A DNA stretch of 63,932 nt, the filler included, from Octopus bimaculoides (lineage: Eukaryota), in the NCBI RefSeq assembly GCF_001194135.2. It is 6 parts of 6 records of this genome, joined end to end, with 100 filler letters (N's around TTAATTAATTAA, not from the genome) between each part and the next. Parts side by side here need not be neighbours in the genome. Positions count along the whole stretch, not along the records: positions 8,747 to 27,479 come from NC_069004.1; 5 more parts are not named here. The stretch is one strand, 5' to 3'. The translations under genes and the position numbers were made by a program. Under the pieces are notes generated by a model. That model was not told the DNA's origin. It ran no database searches and was given only the letters and a program-made list of their open reading frames with translations. Shown here piece after piece: positions 13,276 through 26,090 of the stretch (positions within the stretch are counted from its first letter, which is position 1; each line of letters begins with the position of its first letter).

Positions 13276-13874
13276 CACATATATATTGGAGAATTTACGA
13301 AAAAAAAAACAACAGACGAGGACAGGTGGTGTAAACAACAAAAGGATGTATTAGTTTAACGCTCGGGAATAGAGAAAGTCTTAAACGCTTCTGTGTATGA
13401 AAAAGAAGTATTCACGGTGAAAGACTTGAAAACTAGTATATGAATTTCAATGTAACTCAGATTCTCTTTTAAATGTTGCCTGTGCATACGTGTTTGCACA
13501 CGTGCGTGTGTGTGTTAATGTAGACATCAATTTTACTCCGAATGTCCTACTTTAACATAACCAGTCACACAAACACACACACAAAAAAAAGTACAAATTC
13601 TAAGGGAGGTCACAATAATATCATATTCAGCAGTTGTTTCCCTTAGCATATTACAGCTTGAAGTCAGCTAGACATGTATACATACATGTGTACATACATT
13701 TATAAATTCATTCAAGCATTCATACATACATGAATATATACTTGATTACTCACATACATACACACAGACGTATAAATACACACGTATACATGTATATAAT
13801 TATGTGTTTTTAAGTTATGATAAAAACAATTTTACATTAGATTGAGGGATTACTTTAAAAGTTTGGCAGAAAAA

Positions 13875-14080
13875 GGCGGCGAGCTGGCAGAAACGTTAGC
13901 ACGCCGGGTAAAATGCTCAGCGGTATTTCGACTGTCTTCTCGTTCTGAGTTCGAATTTCGCCGAGGTCGATTTGCCTTTCATCCTTTCGGGGTCGATAAA
14001 TTAAGTACCAGTTGCGTACTGGGGTCGATCTAATCGACTGGCCCCACTCCCCAATAATTTCGGGCCTTGTTCTTAGAGTA
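13875..14080 (+). mobile_element. tRNA-derived SINE family M, near full length
   Basis: GGCGGCGAGCTGGCAGAAACGTTAGC head, B-box GAGTTCGAAT, central GCCTTTCATCCTTTCGGGGTCGATAAATTAAGTACCAG. Confidence 0.9.
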
Positions 14081-14915
14081 GAAAAAAAAAATTGGCCGAG
14101 GACAAATTCATTTTTCTTTAAGAATAATTTTGACACTCACTCACATCTAATTTTCGGCCAGCCAAGCCATCATCGGACTAACACACACACACCTATATAT
14201 ATATACGTATACATACAAATAGACACACACACGCGAATATATATACACACATTCATCTTACTCCGAATTTCCTATTTATGTACTTGCTTGTGTGTGTGTG
14301 TATGTAGTTTTAAATGCTTCTTGTAATATTTCATTAGTAGGTTTTTTTTTTTTTTCTGTCTGTCTTTCAGAAATCAAACGCACCAAATTCCTTCCCCATC
14401 AAAATTACAGGCTTTGCACCCAATTCAGAATCTACCCCTTGACACAGCTGTACAAATTTAATAATATATTATATTGTTATATTGTTCTAGGAAATCTTTG
14501 AAACCAACTATTAAAATATCATTTTCATTTAAATGCGCAATTTACAATTTGTGTCCGAATAAGAAGCAATGAACTTGAAGCGACATCAGAACGTGGGACA
14601 AAGTACCAAGCGGCATTCGTTCTGCCTTCCTACGCCTATCTTATTTTTCTTACCTTTATTTCGTTTTTGGATTTGGTTTGCAAGATTCTTTATGTGAATT
14701 CGTGTGTTGAAGCATATTTTGATGTGTCTGGGGAGAGTCATTCTCTTTTAGTGGCTTATTATTTAACACACTCACCGCTTCAGTTTCCACTTATTTACTT
14801 ATTTATTTTTCCAATAATTTTTGTTGCGTTTTGCAACCTTTTCAAGAGTCGTTGACTCTTGAAAAGATTGCAAGACGCAACGAAAATTATAGAATGCCTC
14901 TACCCAGACACAAAT

Positions 14916-15055
14916 TATCTTTTACTTGTTTCAGTTATTATACTGTGGTCATTCTGGGGCACTGCTTTGAAGAGTTTTCAGTCAAACGAATCGATCACAG
15001 GACTTATTTTTTGTAAGCATAATACTTATTCTATCGGTGTCTTTTGTCATGTGAT
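14916..15055 (-). mobile_element. SINE family O, 3' half
   Basis: CTTTTACTTGTTTCAGT...TACTTATTCTATCGGT matches the reverse complement of the family O tail. Confidence 0.75.
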
Positions 15056-15260
15056 AGATTCCACCCGTCACAAATTGCAGGCCCTGTGCCAAAACTAGGA
15101 AGAATTATTAAAGAGAAGGAGGTTTCAATGGGGAATAAAAGGTTGTGCAGCGGTTTTGACTTATACGGGACTGATGTGGTCGACTGAATTCATTTGATCA
15201 AGCATGTATAACTGGTGCATTATTTTATAGAGTTAGAACGAATTAAAACAAACAAATCCA

Positions 15261-15660
15261 GGTGTGGCAAGCAAGTAGCTTGCTTACCAACCACATGGTT
15301 CTCGGTTCAGTCCCACTGCGTGGCACCTTGGGCAAGTGTCTTCTACTATAGCATGGGGCCAACCAAATCCTTGTGAGTGGATTTGGTAGACGGAAACTGA
15401 AAGAAGCCCATCGTATATATGTATATGTATATATGTGTGGGTGTGTGTTTGTGTGTCTGTGTTTGTCCTCCCAACATCGCTTGACAACCGATGCTGGTTT
15501 GTTTACGTCCCCGAAACTTAGCAGTTCGGGCTAAGAGACCGATAGAATAAGTACTAGGTTTACAAAGAATAAGTCCTGGGGTCGATTTGCTCGACTAAAG
15601 GCGGTGCTCCAGAATGGCCACAGTCAAATGACTGAAACAAGTAAAAGAGTAAAAGAGTAA
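15261..15660 (+). mobile_element. tRNA-derived CORE-like SINE family O (OR-type octopus SINE), full length
   Basis: GGTTCAGTCCCACTGCGTGGCACCTTGGGCAAGTGTCTT core-like segment, internal TA/TG microsatellite, (AAAAGAGT)n tail. Confidence 0.9.
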
Positions 15661-16593
15661 ATCCTATGGCATTTTAACTTATGTTGTGATTGCTGTTAAA
15701 TCCAAATTAACCCTTGATTAAACAGATCTATGACTAAAGGTCTCCCAGCCGTCGACACCACGGATTATTTTCAGAAATAATACACCTAGAACACCATCAT
15801 CTAATGAGCGATTCGAACAAGGTATTTTGCCAATACACAGATTCCCTTATTTTAATAAATGCTCAACTTTGACAATACTTCCTACGCCATTTTTTCATAT
15901 TGAGGTGTTGGCATTTCAGTGGTGTATGTGTGTTTGTGTGTGTGTGTGTTTATTTGCGCATATATTTGTGTGTGTGTGTGTTTATTTGTGCATATATTTA
16001 TGTGCGTATGTGTGTAATCTGTGTGGGTGTTTGTGCGCATATTCAATGTGCATTGAAATGTCGTTGCGTAAATGAGATAAGTTGCATCCGTATGAAGGAT
16101 GTATGCTGTGTGTGTGTGTGTGTGTGACGGTTTGTGCCTGCATGTCAGCGTGTGTTCTGTGTGTATGTGGATGTTTGTATCTATAGGAAGGGTGTGTGCC
16201 GTATCTATGAGGCTGGGTTGCGTCTATTAGGGGAGTGTGTCAGTATGCACACATTACATTATTACCTTTTAACAATTAATAACGTCCATATTTCAATATC
16301 ACACTTAATAGAAATTCGTTTGCGAAGAGAAAAAAAAAGAAACAAACTTGGTAAGCAAAGTAAGTGATGATGTCATTGATAATTCACCAATCAGAATGGT
16401 TTAAAATGAGATACAGAGAACAAACAACAGCAAAAAACAAAATAGGTAATAAAAGAAAACGCAGAAAATACAATTGTCTCTGCTTGTACGAATGAGTTGT
16501 TGACCTGGTATGATGAGGTGCTGGCGAGGGAATGTTGTAGTGTATATGATATGGGGTGAATAGCTATATGGTTATATTGCGCTTGGTTTAGGT

Positions 16594-16959
16594 GGAGGCG
16601 CAATGGCCCAGTGGTTAGGGCAGCGGACTCGCGGTTTCGATTACCAGACCGGGCGCTGTGAGTGTTTATTGAGCGAAAACACCTAAAGCTCTACGAGGCT
16701 CCGGCAGGGGATGGTGGCGAACCCTGCTGTACTCTTTCACCACAACTTTCTCTCACTCTTACTTCCTGTTTCTGTCGTGCCTGTAATTCAAAGGGTTAGT
16801 CAGCCTTGTCACTCTGTGTCACGCTTAATATCCCCAAGAACTACGTCAAGGGTACACGTATCTGTGGAGTGCTCAGCCACTTGCACGTTAATTTCACGAG
16901 CAGGCTGTTCCGTTGATCGGATCAACTGGAACCCTCAACGTCGTAAGCGACAGAGTGCC
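16594..16959 (+). mobile_element. tRNA-derived SINE family T, full length
   Basis: GGAGGCGCAATGGCCCAGTGGTTAGG A-box, GGTTTCGAT B-box; near-identical copy at 20985. Confidence 0.9.
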
Positions 16960-17658
16960 TAGAGAGAAGAGAGAGAGAGAGAGATGCTTGGTANNNNNNN
17001 NNNNNNNNNNNNNNNNNNNNNNNNNNNNNNNNNNNNNNNNNNNNNNNNNNNNNNNNNNNNNNNNNNNNNNNNNNNNNNNNNNNNNNNNNNNNNNNNNNNN
17101 NNNNNNNNNNNNNNNNNNNNNNNNNNNNNNNNNNNNNNNNNNNNNNNNNNNNNNNNNNNNNNNNNNNNNNNNNNNNNNNNNNNNNNNNNNNNNNNNNNNN
17201 NNNNNNNNNNNNNNNNNNNNNNNNNNNNNNNNNNNNNNNNNNNNNNNNNNNNNNNNNNNNNNNNNNNNNNNNNNNNNNNNNNNNNNNNNNNNNNNNNNNN
17301 NNNNNNNNNNNNNNNNNNNNNNNNNNNNNNNNNNNNNNNNNNNNNNNNNNNNNNNNNNNNNNNNNNNNNNNNNNNNNNNNNNNNNNNNNNNNNNNNNNNN
17401 NNNNNNNNNNNNNNNNNNNNNNNNNNNNNNNNNNNNNNNNNNNNNNNNNNNNNNNNNNNNNNNNNNNNNNNNNNNNNNNNNNNNNNNNNNNNNNNNNNNN
17501 NNNNNNNNNNNNNNNNNNNNNNNNNNNNNNNNNNNNNNNNNNNNNNNNNNNNNNNNNNNNNNNNNNNNNNNNNNNNNNNNNNNNNNNNNNNNNNNNNNNN
17601 NNNNNNNNNNNNNNNNNNNTTTTCTAACCCAACGAAAAGCTCAGTGGAATACTTTCCT

Positions 17659-17786
17659 TTGACACTGGCGAACTCACGCTTCACGCATGTCAGTCGTCCA
17701 CAAAGAATATAAAACAAGCAACACACAACAAGGAGAAAGAGACAAAAATAAAATAACACGTGTCAAATCTTTTTTTTCTAAAAACT
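17659..17786 (+). repeat. Direct repeat copy 1 (copy 2 at 18706-18833)
   Basis: TTGACACTGGC.AACTCAC.CTTCACGCATGTCAGTCGTCCA...CTAAAAACT occurs twice about 1047 bp apart. Confidence 0.9.
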
Positions 17787-17869
17787 CTCCTTTGAGGCGG
17801 TCAGCGCTACGTCTAACACGACCCGTCGTATGGTTGACAGTCAAACGAATGGAGGTCTAATGGAGATAT

Positions 17870-18330
17870 TCTAGGTAAATGGGTACATTCTAGAAATGGG
17901 TTGCAATGGGAGACGGTAAGGAGCTGGTAGTGCTTGCAATCTAACCTTACCGCCCGAGCAGCACATGCCATTAGTTTCATTTGGAAATTTGAAAGCTTTG
18001 CAGGAACGACAATTTGAGTGTAGCACACCATTTAGTACAGAATTATCATTTTTATAGGAAAAGGATGGATCATATCTGAAAGCAGATCCTGGTGTTGCGA
18101 AGAGCGAATTTGCATGTTATTTATTTCTGAGAGCTATTGTATTGGACCTCTGTCTAATCTGGCGTGTTAAACGTTGTTCTAATGATTCAGCATTAAGTAT
18201 TACTGCATGCCTTAGCTGATATTGGGAAAATCTCATCTCCCTTCTCTCTTGAGACTGACGTGCCGCGGTATGCATCTGCTGACCTTGAGAAAGTCTCGTC
18301 TCCTCTCTCTGTCGAGCCACTCGCCTTTGT
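17870..18330 (-). mobile_element. Helitron Rep/helicase N-terminal fragment (zinc-finger region)
   Basis: One frame with a single stop: ...ESLEQRLTRQ...AFRYDPSFSY...CRSCKAFKFPNETNGMCCSGGKVRLQALPAP, the typical Helitron C..C...K...E..G.CC..GKV.L motif. Confidence 0.85.
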
Positions 18331-18705
18331 TTTCTGTAATCGTGCTCGCTTTATACGTGTTTCTGGAGGGATTACGTCTTTTCTATTGTGGCATATTTTT
18401 TCAATATTGTAAAGAAAAAATTATGAACAAAGAAAAAATATACATTAATCTCTATTTTTGTAAGCAATTGTAAATATATATTATGTCCATATTTTTGTAT
18501 GCTGTGTAAATTTATGAAATATAAGCAAATGAACGAAATAACACATGTATGGAACTGCTAATTTAACGGTAAATTCTACAATAATTATTACAGAGAGGCA
18601 AAGAATTTTATGTCTTACCTTGCAACTTCTGCAATAATTATCATCCGGCGGTAATAGAACCATAAATATGCATTGTTTTAAAGGAAATGAATATAAAATT
18701 TTGTA

Positions 18706-18833
18706 TTGACACTGGCCAACTCACACTTCACGCATGTCAGTCGTCCATAAAGAATATAAAACAAGCAACACAACACGGAGAAAAAGACAAAAATTAAATA
18801 ACACGTGTCAAAATTTGTTTTCTTCTAAAAACT
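18706..18833 (+). repeat. Direct repeat copy 2
   Basis: See copy 1. Confidence 0.9.
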
Positions 18834-19159
18834 TTCAATGACGTTGACTGGAGTGTGGCGTTCGAGTAGACGTCGGGGTATGTGTACGGTGTCATATGTA
18901 TAATTTTTTCGGGTCTGTTTTCTTTCTGTAAAGGATAAAGTCGTGGGGTTTTTTTTATATTAGCGTGTTGTGTGCAATGTGTAGTGTGTGTGTATTGGGT
19001 CTGTGTATATGTAGGGGTACAATTTGCGTGAGGAGGTATATGCTGTGGGTGGGGGGATAGTTATTTGCGGGGTGTCTGCCTTATAGGGGTGTGCGTATGT
19101 GTACATTGGTGCATTGGTGTGTGCTTTGGTCACAGCACGCACACACACACACACATATG

Positions 19160-19300
19160 CAACGGGCTTCTTTCAGTTTCCGTCTACCAAATCCATTCAC
19201 AAGGCTTTGGTCGGCCCGAGATTAAAGAAAAGGAAATTTGCCAAGTAGTGGGGCTGAACCCAGAACCTGGAACAACGTGTTTGCGAAGCCATCTTCTTTA
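19160..19300 (-). mobile_element. SINE family O, 5' half
   Basis: GGGCTTCTTTCAGTTTCCGTCTACCAAATCC matches the reverse complement of the 15261 copy. Confidence 0.85.
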
Positions 19301-20029
19301 TTTCATAAATTTTGCCATAAAGGCATTACATAGAGGGGACAAACAAACAAACAAAGAAGCTGCGGGCTGGACACGGACATTAATGAATGAAATGAATACA
19401 AAAAAGATGAGTAAAAAATGGTAGAGGCACCGGCGCCCGCCGACCGACAACCACTCGAAAACCTTGTTCAATAAAAATCATCAACAAAATCAAATTAAAT
19501 CAAGTCCTATGGTCCTCCACATCCGGGCCCCCACGCAAGATTCCTGCTGCCTGCAGGACAACCCGCAATGGCTGGCCATCTTCTTACCACACAGCCACTC
19601 CACCGCCAATGTTTGCGTACGTTTTTCTAATAAACTCTGCTGAGTTATCCTCATTTCCCCATTTCTTTTTCCTTCAATTTTACAAATTGTAACGGTAATT
19701 TATGGACACCCTGTATAAGGCCTAGCGTGAATTATTAAATGCGTTGTGTATGGTGCTATGTAGTTCGAGGTCACATGATGTGGTGTCTTGTAGTGTAGTG
19801 TGTGATATCGTTCGAGGTATGCAATGAGATTTGGTATGTGGTAACGTTGTGTGGTGTCTGGGCTATGCTATTGTATATAGTGTAGTGTTAAACAATGAAA
19901 CGGTAGATATTGCAGCAATGACGGCCCAGTAAATATTATTTAGGACAAGTAAACATTATTAAATCTTGAGTGTTATCGTTATTCGTTAGTCAAGTGGTCA
20001 GGCGTTCCCTAGTTACAGCATAAAATGTA

Positions 20030-20300
20030 CAATAATGATGGCGTGGGAGGTGTTGTTGTTGGTGATGGTGGTGTTAGTGGTGGTGGTTGTGGCAGTGATG
20101 ATGATGATGGTGGTGGTTTTGGTGTTGGTGTTGGTGATGACGGTTATGATGTTGGTCATGGTGATGGTTTGTGATGGCGGTGATAGTGACGGTGGTGGTG
20201 GTGGTGGTGGTGGTGGTAGTAGTATTGACGGTGATGGTGGCGTTGATGGTATTGGTGGTGGTGGTGGTGGTGGTGTCGGTGGTATTGTTAGTAGTAATGG
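20030..20300. repeat. (GGT)/(GAT) low-complexity trinucleotide tract
   Basis: Direct observation. Confidence 0.9.
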
Positions 20301-20984
20301 AGAGGGGAAGGTTAAAACAAAATCACATAAAAAAATCTTGCAAACCAAATCCAAAAACGTCACTTTTCTGTTATTATTTCGTAAACGCTGGTATAGCTTT
20401 CACCTTATCAATGTCCAACTCTGAATGAATGTCAAAATATTCTCTTTTGACTAAGACAAAGCAATTACAAACAGAGACAGCAACATATACCATGGTTTCA
20501 CTGCGAGCAAACAGGGACAACCTCTCGACTTTCATACCTAAGATGTGACAGGTGGGGAGAGAGAGAGAGAGACAGAGAGAGAGAGAGACGCACTAGCACT
20601 AGGGATGGTACTTATTTCAGCTGCGTACATTAAAGCAACGAAAATGAAGTGACTTGCTTAAGAAAACAACGTATTGTCAGTTCCAAGAATTGAAATCACG
20701 AAATTATTACCGAATTTATTGTTCCATCAATCAAATGCATTAAATTGCTGCTCTGCAATCAATTTATGGTACCTGCTTAACTTTTTTTATCCAAAATCCT
20801 TGTACACCGTCAGGTCCAGCTACTTTCCAATTGCTCACCTTTTTGCTCATATTTCTGTTCTGTTCTCACAACAATTATGTAAGGTATTCTCAACCACTTT
20901 GACAAGTCTTGAAGTTTCAGTGGGATTGACCTAACGCCCCGATTATAATTAGCATCACTTTTACATTACCCCCTAGCACTCCGT

Positions 20985-21348
20985 GGAGGCGCAATGGACC
21001 AGTGATTAGGACAGTGGACTCACAGTTTCGATTCCCAGACCGGGCGTTGTGAGTGTTTATTGAACGAAAACCCCTAAAGCTCCACGAGGCTCCGGCAGGG
21101 GATGGTGGCGAACCCTGCTGTACTCTTCCACCACAACTTTCTCTCACTCTTACTTCCTGTTTCTGTTGTGCCTGTAATTCAAAGGGTCAGCCTTGTCACA
21201 CTGTGTCACGCTGAATCTCCCCGAGAACTACATTAAGCGTACACGTGTCTGTGGAGTGCTCAGTCACTTGCACGTTAATTTCACGAGCAGGCTGTTCCGT
21301 TGATCGGATCAACTGGAACCCTCGACGTCGTAAGCGACAGAGTGCCAA
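20985..21348 (+). mobile_element. SINE family T, full length with 10-bp target-site duplication
   Basis: CTAGCACTCC at 20973-20982 and 21349-21358 flanks the element. Confidence 0.92.
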
Positions 21349-21448
21349 CTAGCACTCCAAACAGTCTTAGGGCGGTGGCTTGGCCAAATCATTGACTATC
21401 CCTCACCCCTTAAGACCTTAAGTGCCTCTATTAGGGACACTTAGTGAT

Positions 21449-22320
21449 AGGGCAGTGAACTGGCAAAATCCTTAGAGCGTTGGAAAATGCCTTGTGATAT
21501 TTGTTCCAACACTTGACGTTCTTAAATCCCAGAGGTCAACGTTGCCTTTTAGTTTTTTCAGGGTTGTTGAAACTAAGAATCAGTCAAATTCTTGAATCGA
21601 TGATACCAGGGTGGTTTCCTTTCCTAAATTAGATGGCTTGTGCGACTATTGACTGTCCCGCTCCCCACAAATTCCAGGCCTTGAGCCTTTAGTAGAAAGA
21701 ATTACTAAGACGGTGAGCTTGGCAGAACAGATGGCACCACAGACAAAATGTTTAGCTTTAAGTTTTAAGTTCAAATTCCGTCGAGGCTGTCTTACCTTTC
21801 CATCCTTTTGAGCCCGATAAATCAAGCACCAGTTGAACACCTTAGCCCCTCCCCCAAATTGCTGACCTTGTACCAAAATCTGAAACCATTATTATTATTA
21901 TTATTATTAATTATCATCATCATCATTATTATTATTATCATTATCATTATTATTATTAAGGCAGCGAGCTGGCAGAATCGTTAGCGGCATTTCGTCCGTC
22001 TTTATGTTCCGAGTTCAAATTCCGCCTAGGTCAACTTTGCCTTTCATCCTTTCGGTGTCGATGAAATAAGTACCAGTTACGGACTGGTATCGATATAATC
22101 GATTAAAGCCTCTCACCCAAAATTTCAGGTCTTGTGCCTTTAGTAGAAAATATTATTACTATTATTAATATTATTTCTTCAAATCCCGTCTGGGTAGACT
22201 TTTGCCTTTCACCAGGATCGATAAAATAAATACCAGTCAAACAATGCATTCGATGTAATCGACTATTCCTCTTCTACCAAAATTTCAGGCCTTGCTCCTA
22301 TAATAGAAAGGATTCTGAAT
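21449..22320 (+). mobile_element. Head-to-tail array of four family M SINE copies
   Basis: Copies start near 21449, 21707, 21959 and 22175; each has the CTTTGCCTTTCATCC-like body and ends in ...TAGTAGAAAG or (ATT)n. Confidence 0.75.
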
Positions 22321-22453
22321 ATTATTTCAGGTAGAACTGCTCAAAGACTGACATCGATAACGTTTCGCTATACCCTTCTTGCCAAAGATACGCAAGCCTC
22401 TGCCGACATTGGAAATTATTACCGTTATTATTATTATTATATTATTATTATCA

Positions 22454-22502
<49 letters not shown>

Positions 22503-23589
22503 GTTTAATTAGAAAAAGAGGAAGATATCTAAGCACTATATAAATGGAAACAATTTTCTTTTTATCTCATTCTTCCTCTCCCTCTCTCACTCACTTTATT
22601 TATTTAATTATTATTTTTATTATTATTATTATTATTTTTGAATGAGTCTTTCTTTTGCTCGAGATTGTCAATATCCGGGATCCGGTGGGTGGAAAACAAA
22701 AAGAAAGAAAAAAAAAACGAGTGTCCCTTATCGCTTTCATTACTTCTCTCCCCCCCCCCCCCCTTGTTTTCTTTCCCCTTTTTTTTTCCAATTATTATTC
22801 CACCTACTTTTTCAATTACAACCTTTGGCGCTTTTGCTTTTGTTTGTCTTTTGGTGGCAAGAGGACATTTACGTCATCTCCCCTCGACAAATCATCAACA
22901 TTAGAACTTACTCCGAGTGTTCCGATATTAATGAGCTCCAGAAACGATGACAACCTAATAGAAATACTTCTTTTTATGTTTATTTTTTTCTGTTGTTGTT
23001 GCTGTACTTTTAGTTGTTGTTATTTTTCATGGATCTTCTCAATCTAATTCCATGAACAAAACACATTTTTTTTTCGTGGAGATGAGAGGAGAGGCGAGGC
23101 CCAAAATAGAGGGGGAACACACTTAGTTTTCCTTTCGTAAATACTATCAATATTACCAAAGATATTCATATTAATATATCTTCTTTGATGCATATCCTAT
23201 TTTATGTATTGGCTATTGATCAATAATCGATAACAAAATTCGACTCACGCTCACATTTAACTCCAATATATTGCTAATCAATCAAACCTTAAAGAATAAG
23301 ACACATTTTCCAGTCTTTCACTCGCTGTTGTTGCTGTTGTCATTTTTAGTCCTCGTGGGCGTGTGGTTGTGAGTGTGCGCGTGCGGTGCGTATATGTATA
23401 TAGTGTAGTGTTCTTTTGGTGTTATTTATGTTGTTGCCGTTGTTGTTGATGGAGTAATTCATTGGTGTTACTGTTGTCTTTGTTTTAAATATTTGTTAAA
23501 TATTTGTTGTTGTTATTATTATCATCATAATCATTTTCTCCTTTAACATACACAGAGGCGGTGATGTAGTATGGCTTTGACTGCGATAG

Positions 23590-23827
23590 CAAACTAAAGA
23601 TTCTATATATATATATAAAACAAATAATGAGTATATGCATATATAGGTACAGGTATGTGCATACCTACGTCTACCTGTATATATAGGTGCATATCCGGGT
23701 ACAGGACATTGCAAACAAAACGTAGACAAGAAAATAATAATGACCAGAGTACAGAAAACACACAAGCCACATAGAGAACATTTTCCTTCATCAGCTACCC
23801 CCGTTTTAAGACCGGCGTTTCGAAGAG

Positions 23828-23830
<3 letters not shown>
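23590..23830 (-). repeat. Dispersed repeat, homologous to 60760-61015 (+)
   Basis: Shared CTGA.GAAGG.AAAT.TTCT.TATGT.GC and TGTCCTGTACCC segments; possibly Penelope pLTR-derived. Confidence 0.65.
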
Positions 23831-23867
<37 letters not shown>

Positions 23868-24034
23868 TTCAAATTACGATGAACGTAAACAAAAACAAAA
23901 AACAAAGTTTGCTTTAGAAGCGTTGAGATATCTTAGAAAGTTAAAGAAGTGATTTTAAATTCTCAAACGCAGGATAATACTAATAATATAGCTTGAACAG
24001 GATAAGCTACCCCTATTTTGCAGAAAAAAAGTTT

Positions 24035-24113
24035 TGGCGGCCGGCTATGAGACTCGAACTCACGCCTCCCTGATTACGCGTCGCGGTGATCTGAACTATT
24101 AAGCTAAGCCGCC
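24035..24113 (-). pseudogene. tRNA-Thr(CGT)-like pseudogene or SINE head
   Basis: GGCGGCT acceptor pairs with GGCCGCC-A; T arm GTGAG-TTCGAGT-CTCAT; CGT in the loop; D and anticodon stems imperfect; followed by a T7 run. Confidence 0.55.
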
Positions 24114-25487
24114 CTCACCTAAAAAATTTTGGCGGCCGGCTATGAGACTCGTATACATATATAGTGGATGAGTTCGTGTGTGTGTGTGTATGCGTATGTA
24201 AACATCTATTGATGTCACATATATAATGTTTGTAGAATTTCGTCCAGGGTAAGCCCCCTTAAGACGTCGAGTGTTAATAAAAGCACTGAATATCTCAAAA
24301 CCAAGCGAAACGATGCACCCAATAGATGAACGAGAACGGTGGATATCGGTGTTTCGCTGCCATTTCAGCTCATCGGCACCATATAGTTGAGTCACTCATG
24401 AAACAAATTCAAATCCTTTCGAAGATGACTCAAAGATATTAAGCATTTAAACAAAACACATACATTAAGTATGTGACATCAACAATGTTTACATTATGAG
24501 AGCTGTTTCTAACTAAAGGTTAATCATGTTTTACGTATGAATTCTATTATCAACAGATGGATTTTACGCTATTTGCATATATATCACAGACTAGCGATTT
24601 GAATTCCTTTCGAGGTTGAGTCGAGTATATGTTGCTGTCGAGCTGAAATATCGATGGCCACAGTTCCTCCTCTAAAATTGCTGACCAAAACTTGAAGCCA
24701 GTACCTCCATTACATAAGGCGGCAAGCTGGCGGAATCGTTAGCACGCTGGGCAAAATACACACACACACACACACACACACACACTACATTACATGAACA
24801 TAAACACACCAACTCACACACACATCCGCTCATACACCAACTCGACACACACACATGCACCGACACTCACAGACACACACCATCTCGACACATTACTTCA
24901 CGACATGCGCAAACACACAGACACACACATTCTTTTTCGACACACACACACACCATACCTACACATACACACACGCAAACCACTTCAGCATACACACAAC
25001 ACATCAACAAACACACTCTCTCAATACATATACATCACCTTACGTTGGCTTACACACAAGAAACACGGTCCCGATATACACACACGCACACCCACCCACG
25101 CGTGCCTACATAGGCACACACGCACACACATACACATTCACAGAATGCATCACCATTGACACACTCTCAATACCTCCCTCCCTCTCAGATCAAAACCCAT
25201 GCTATCAACACATGTACGTGCGCGCACAAACTTCACACGTTCACTAGATCAACACACACTCTACCTCTACACATAGTCCACCTCAATACCAACAGACTCT
25301 CTACCAAACTCAGCCTCAACACAATTCCTCTTCTGACATGTTGTAGGCGTAATTCGATCACTGACTGTTATTGAGTTCATTCATCGATACGGTGAATAGA
25401 CGCTTGTACAAACATATATTAGCGCAACGTGTTTGCTTGTATTTTTGTTCGCGTTTGTCCATTCATGCACAGCATATTATGATGAGT

Positions 25488-25518
<31 letters not shown>

Positions 25519-25710
25519 GCGCGCGTGAATGCATGCACCTACACACACAGACACAGACACACACACAAACACACATATCTTCACACACAGCGCTTACACG
25601 TAATGCAAAAAAAGTATTCCTAAAACATTCGCGTCACTTTGTTTTTGAAGGTTTTTTTAAATATAATTAATTTTTTTATATAAATTTTGTCTGTATAAAG
25701 AATTTCTGCT

Positions 25711-26090
25711 GGGGTGGCTGTGTAGTAAGTAGCTTGCTTACCAACCACATAGTTCCGGGTTCAGTCCCACTGCATGCATACATATATACACACACATGTA
25801 TATATATATATGCACGCACACACATATATATGTATATATATTTCTATATATATATGCATACATACATACATACATACATACATTATATATATATATATAT
25901 ATACATATTCTTTTATTCGTTTCAGTCATTTGACTGCGGTCATGCTGGAGCACCGCCTTCAGTCGAACAAATCAGCCCCAGAACTTATTCTTTGTAAGCC
26001 TAGTACTTATTCTGTCGAGCTCTTTGCCGGACCGCTATATTATGGGGACGTAAACACACCACCATCGGTTGTCAAGCGATGCTGGTGTCA
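25711..26090. mobile_element. Family O SINE head (+, 25711-25775) and tail (-, 25908-26090) joined by a microsatellite
   Basis: Matches to the 15261 copy in opposite orientations. Confidence 0.8.

Noticed and set aside
20013-20428. Pro-rich or Gly/Val-rich ORFs
   Set aside because: Derived from GGT/GAT low-complexity sequence, with no splice support.
20488-20540. GAAA-CCATGG-TA palindrome on the - strand
   Set aside because: No CTGANGA box or stem II.
22355-22400. GAAACGTT with an upstream AAGA on the - strand
   Set aside because: First box is GGCAAGA and stem I does not pair; not a credible hammerhead.
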